From Mactra antiquata (taxonomy: Eukaryota), in contig CM103820.1 in NCBI GenBank assembly GCA_047288015.1, positions 86,515 through 150,514 of the forward strand: 64,000 nt of DNA. The letters run 5' to 3'. Below the pieces are notes generated by a model that did not search any database, was not told the DNA's origin, and saw nothing but the letters and a program-made list of their open reading frames with translations. The translations under genes and the position numbers were made by a program. Shown in pieces: positions 59,385-64,000 of the stretch (positions are counted from its first letter, which is position 1; each line of letters opens with the position of its first letter).

Positions 59385-60425
59385 AACCCTGCATCAGGGG
59401 ATCAAACCCTGCATCAAGGGATCAAACCCTGTATCAAAGGATCAAACCCTACATCAGGGAATCAAACCCTACATCAAGGGATCAAACCCTGCATCAAGGG
59501 ATCAAACCCTGTATCAAGGGATCAGACCCTACATCAGGGGATCAAACCCTACATCAAGGGATCAAACCCTGCATCAAGGGATCAAACCCTGTATCGAGGG
59601 ATCAAACCCTGCATCGAGAGATCAAACCCTGCATCGAGGGATCAAACCCTGCATCGAGGGATCAAACCCTGCATCGAGGGATCAATCCCTGCATCGAGGG
59701 ATCAAACCCTGCATCGAGGGATCAAACCTTGCATCGAGGGATCAAACCCTGCATCGAGGGATCAAACCCTGCATCGAGAGATCAAACCCTGCATCGAGGG
59801 ATCAAACCCTGCATCGAGGGATCAAACCCTGCATCGAGGGATCAAACCCTGCATCGAGGGATCAAACCCTGCATCGAGGGATCAAACCCTGCATCAAGGG
59901 ATCAAACCCTGCATCAAGGGATCAAACCCTGCATCAAGGGATCAAACCCTGCATCAAGGGATCAAACCCTGCATCAAGGGATCAAACCCTGCATCAAGGA
60001 ATCAAACCCTGCATCAAGGGATCAAACCCTGTATAAGGGGATCAAACCCTGCATAAGGGGATCAAACCCTGCATCAGGGGATCAAACCCTGCATCAAGGG
60101 ATCAAACCCTGCATCAAGGGGATCAAACCCTGCATAAGGGGATCAAACCCTGCATCAGGGGATCAAACCCTGCATCAAGGGATCAAACCCTGCATCAAGA
60201 GATCAAACCCTGCATCAAGGGATCAAACCCTGCATCAGGAGATCAAACCCTGCATCAGGAGATCAAACCCTGCATCAGGGGATCAAACCCTGCATCAGGG
60301 GATCAAACCCTGCATCAGGGGATCAAACCCTGCATCAGGGGATCAAACCTTGCATCAGGGGATCAAACCCTGCATCAGGGGATCAAACCTTGCATCAAGG
60401 GATCAGACCCTGCATCAAGGGATCT
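59385..60425 (+). repeat. 20-bp satellite (gatcaaaccctgcatcaagg), about 52 units, MVP intron 22
   Basis: Direct reading. This explains the + strand artefact ORFs (HQGIKPCIKGSNPASRDQTL...). Confidence 0.95.
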
Positions 60426-60904
60426 AGCCTCTTTGTTGTGTCTGTCCATGCTCTATTTGTGTCATTCAAGTGTAATTTATTACAAAGTAAAGGAGCATGT
60501 GAGGTTCAGTAGTCATCTCTTGTTACTTATCTTATCATACTAGAGCTGGTTCATGCTTGAATTAAGATAACATTACATGCAAGTGTTGTTTTCTTTAGCA
60601 AGGCATCTTTATTGTTCAGTTTTGATGCACTAGTATCCAAAATCATTGAGGATTTTTATTACAGAAAACTCTTAGGTGAAATTTTTCAAGACTTATACCA
60701 AAGTTCAAAAACGTCAGGACTTGAGAAAATGTTCTTTTCTCGTGTAAAAGCTGCAGAAGTCTTGATATTCAGGAATTTTAGGATTTTGAAAATATTGATT
60801 AAACAGTGATAGGAAGCATTTATGTTCCATGATAGATTTATTGATAGTTTTCACTTAAGTACTCTACATGTGCATAAAATTTCACTAAATTTGTTGTCTA
60901 ATTA

Positions 60905-61115
60905 ATGGACTATATCCGGAATTCAATTTTGTTTTGTTTTTCTCTGTGGTAAAAACAAACTTTTGATCGTTACAATGAAAATATGTGTACAGAGAACAAT
61001 AGGATTGAATCTGTGTTTCGTGCTTTTCAGCAATAATGTGTATAAAACTTTGTTTGTACCACCTGTGCAAGAATGGAAAAACCCATATTTTACAGTTCCG
61101 AATTAAGTCTATTAC
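60905..61115 (+). mobile_element. MITE family C copy, 30 bp upstream of the acceptor of the terminal MVP exon
   Basis: taatggactatatccggaattcaa...ccgaattaagtctatta. Confidence 0.7.
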
Positions 61116-61145
61116 TTATTAAAACTTTTTCATTTAATCTTGTAG

Positions 61146-61421
61146 GTAAGAAGGGGCGAAATTGATTTTGCTAAAAGTCAGGATGATCTAGAACTTTACA
61201 GAGAGAAGTCATTAGCTGATATAGAAGTAAAGAGATTCTCTGATATGGTTAAAGCTTTAGGAGCTGATACGCTGGCTGCCATAGCAACCGCTGGACCAGA
61301 TACTCAAGTTAAGATGTTGGCAAGCTTAGGGCTTGAATCCACACTGATCACTGATGGTAACAGTCCAATCAACTTGTTCATGACTGCAGAAGGTCTTGTG
61401 AAAACTGGACATATGCAGTAA
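61146..61421 (+). CDS. MVP: MVP exon 23, terminal, including TAA stop
   Basis: Encodes [91 protein letters not shown], matching human ...[40 protein letters not shown]. Confidence 0.93.
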   Translation, partial: VRRGEIDFAKSQDDLELYREKSLADIEVKRFSDMVKALGADTLAAIATAGPDTQVKMLASLGLESTLITDGNSPINLFMTAEGLVKTGHMQ

Positions 61422-61426
61422 AATAA
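61421..61426 (+). promoter_or_regulatory. MVP: AATAAA polyadenylation signal overlapping the last A of the MVP stop codon
   Basis: The sequence cagTAAAATAAAaca. Confidence 0.5.
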
Positions 61427-62809
61427 AACACAGACATAAATGTATTCATTAATATGGTCTATTTGTGGTCGATATGCTTGGACATAATTTTCATGCATAT
61501 TTTTGTGATTTTTTGCAATTACTTTTATTGTTGATTTGTGATTTTATTACTCGAAGGCTAATTCATGACTGTACAGAGTGGTTTATGTAAAAGCTGTGAT
61601 AAAAAGTTTCAGGGAAGTTTTTCACTGATGTCATATACTCCAAGTACATTTTGGTATATTTTTATCTTCTTAATTACAAGTGTTTGCATATAGGCTAAAA
61701 TGTTACTTTTCTATTGTGCCCTCACAGACTAGTCTGTGCGAGGTACGCTGAGCATCAAGGGTAATGATGTTTATTTCCCTTCAAACATGTGGCATTGTTT
61801 TCATTTTATTCTTTGTAAACCTACACATGTCTGTTTGGATGCCATTTCCGATTGCGTCTGAGTATAATATTTTTATTCCATAGTGTTCACACTATATGAC
61901 AATTTTTTCAAGCAGTCATGTATGTTACCGCATTGCAATACACACTCTCTTTTTTTTACATCTGTCATTCCATTTAAAAACGAAAGAAGAATACGTCTGA
62001 TATGTGATGGATACTCATTCAGGAGTATGAGAATTTAGTGTATATGTATTATTATTCCTGAAGTTGTGAGACTTTGTTCCACACAGTAAGAAAATTATTA
62101 TGGGAATTTATTACTGAAAATTTATTATTAAAATGCAATGGCTTTGTTTTCAATTGCTGAACTAATTCTTGCACAGAGTCAAAATGGCCAAAAGTGCAAT
62201 GATTTGTACACCTAAGTATCGAGGTGATATCTACACTGTCAATGAATAGAACTGTTACTTTTCTAGACTCTAAGAAGTCATTCTTACTAGTCAATATAAC
62301 CAGAAATCTTCTTTGTTAGGATCTAGATACTGAAAAACAATGTCTTAACACCCATTTTAACAAATATTTAGAACAGGGGCGTGTCTGAAGTATACCTTTT
62401 GTATATTATCAAGAAATTTGTCTATGAGTGTATTTGTTTATCATTGTTGTAGAATTCTTTATTGTACTATCCTACTTGTTAGAACACCTTATTACAGTAA
62501 AGTTCCGCTATTAAGACCACTTTCGTTATTTCAAAAACATGCGATTTTTGGCAATTATCAAGACCCAAATGGTTAATTCATGAAGAATTTTGCTGGTCTT
62601 AATAGCGGAACTTCACTGTATTTGTATTTGAATTTATGTGATAATCTTGATTCTTAGATATTGGCAATAAAAATATTGTGGTGTCAAAATAATTACCTGT
62701 TGTGTTCACCCACTAGGACTACCAGTTTTCATCTAATCTTGGCCACACTTGGCCACGGAATGTTTGTTGTTAGGGTAGCTTGGATGACTTCAACAACCAA
62801 GTCAATATA

Positions 62810-63050
62810 CACAGGGACAGCAGAATGGTGTCCCTTTAATAGACTATATTTGGAAGTCAAATGTTTGGGTTTTCCCTGTGGTACAAACAAACTTTCATCG
62901 TAACAATGAAAATATGTGTAGTAAGAACAACAGGATTTAATCCATATTGTGTGATTTTCAGCAATAACATGTAAAAAACTTTGTTTGTACCGCCTGTGTA
63001 CATGTAGAAAAACCCATAAATTGGAGTTCCAAATTAGGTCTATTGCATGA
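62810..63050 (+). mobile_element. MITE family C copy (3' flank of MVP)
   Basis: ttaatagactatatttggaagtcaaatgtttggg...ccaaattaggtctattg. Confidence 0.65.
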
Positions 63051-63439
63051 TGGGCATATTTGGTAATATTTTGACACCTTTGTTAACCATGTTATATTGA
63101 TTCAATTGTATTTAATGACAATATTGTTGATCTTTGTTTTTCATTGTTTTGTTAATCTATATATAATCAAAGCATATCTTTTTATATACATTTATTTATA
63201 CGTTATTTCTTACATGTTATATATTTGTTCTACAATATTTACTATAATTGTTGATACTTCTAGTATTTTCTACAGAATCCTGCTAGGGTCAATCTGATGG
63301 TCATATGTTAGTTACACACAGGGACATACCAAACACTTAGTGACCGTCAATAAAATAACTGAAAAAAGGCATTAGTAGTCTAGTTTCTCACTCAATACAT
63401 TTACCTACTTTTCCCCAGGTCATTGGGTTAGCTACTGAT

Positions 63440-64000
63440 ATCTATCAGTCTTTCAAAGTCTTTTAACTCTGCTTTTTAGCAGCCATCAATGTTGCCATGG
63501 AATTATACTACCCTCACTAATACCCTATTTACTGTAATAACACCTGGGTAAAGTCTTTTAACTCTGCTTTTTAGCAGTCTTCAATGTTGTCATGGAATTA
63601 TACTATCCTCACTAATACCCTATTTACTGTAATAACACCTGGGTAAAGTCTTTTAACTCTGCTTTTTAGCAGCCTTCAGTGTTGTCATGGAATTATACTA
63701 CCCTCACTTATACCCTATTTACTGTAATAACACCTGGGTAAAGTCTTTTAACTCTGCTTTTTAGCAGTCTTCAATGTTGTCATGGAATTATACTATCCTC
63801 ACTTATACCCTATTTACTGTAATAACACCTGGGTAAAGTCTTTTAACTCTGCTTTTTAGCAGCCTTCAATGTTGTCATGGAATTATACTACCCTCACTTA
63901 TACCCTATTTACTGTAATAACACCTGGGTAAAGTCTTTTAACTCTGCTTTTTAGCAGCCTTCAATGTTGTCATGGAATTATACTATCCTCACTAATACCC
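63440..64000 (+). repeat. 95-bp tandem repeat, at least 6 units, continuing beyond the window end
   Basis: gtcttttaactctgctttttagcag.cttcaatgttgtcatggaattatactaycctcact.ataccctatttactgtaataacacctgggtaaa repeated. Confidence 0.9.

Larger units (their letters stand above)
28872..61421 (+). other. MVP: Major vault protein gene: 23 coding exons, 842 codons, about 32.5 kb
   Basis: The concatenated exons give a continuous protein from MNSGSIIGLAPYQFVHILDLNTNITRVEKGP... to ...[31 protein letters not shown]. It is collinear with human MVP through all MVP repeat domains and the cap-helix region. Confidence 0.92.

Noticed and set aside
59341-60427. Two roughly 230-codon ORFs (GIKPCIKGSNPASRDQTLHQ...)
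   Set aside because: These are translations of the 20-bp satellite in MVP intron 22.
1-64000. Prokaryotic interpretation (operons, defence island, CRISPR)
   Set aside because: The sequence has spliceosomal introns, tRNA-SINEs, LINE remnants, satellites and a multi-exon MVP gene, so it is clearly metazoan nuclear DNA. No direct-repeat-plus-spacer arrays of CRISPR type are present. The tandem arrays have no unique spacers.

Overview
The window is AT-rich, repeat-dense metazoan nuclear DNA (spliceosomal GT-AG introns, tRNA-derived SINEs, LINE fragments, MITEs, many satellites). It is probably from an invertebrate, possibly a mollusc, but that is inference; it is not prokaryotic. The main finding is an intact major vault protein gene (MVP) on the + strand: 23 coding exons from the ATG at 28872 to a TAA ending at 61421, about 32.5 kb, 842 codons. 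All 22 introns are phase-consistent GT-AG, and the translation aligns along its whole length with vertebrate and echinoderm MVP (MVP repeat domains, shoulder/cap-helix and C-terminal LITDG(S/N)(T/S)PINLF motif). Almost every intron carries SINEs, MITEs, a LINE tail or a satellite, including a 3-kb 29-bp satellite in intron 5 and a 1-kb 20-bp satellite in intron 22. Upstream on the - strand there are two paralogous C2H2 zinc-finger genes inside a tandem segmental duplication: one complete 391-codon finger-array exon at 20389-21564 and a partial copy at 1-434. The two copies are distinguished by MITE insertions. The 5' part of the window contains a roughly 4.3-kb near-perfect palindrome (arms about 4795-6820 and 6823-9065, centre near 6821). 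Its arms are built from a 190-bp satellite with the motif ccggactggc, a third partial direct copy lies at 2400-3775, and a LINE ORF1-like remnant abuts the right arm. Other elements include a 2.4-kb long-TIR non-autonomous element with GCGGCC subterminal repeats, hAT-like MITEs with 8-bp TSDs (one nested in a SINE), a dimeric Alu-like repeat family and LINE ORF2 fragments. No rRNA, CRISPR or convincing functional tRNA genes were found. The long ORFs in the provided track that lie inside satellites are translation artefacts; that track also uses alternative start codons.
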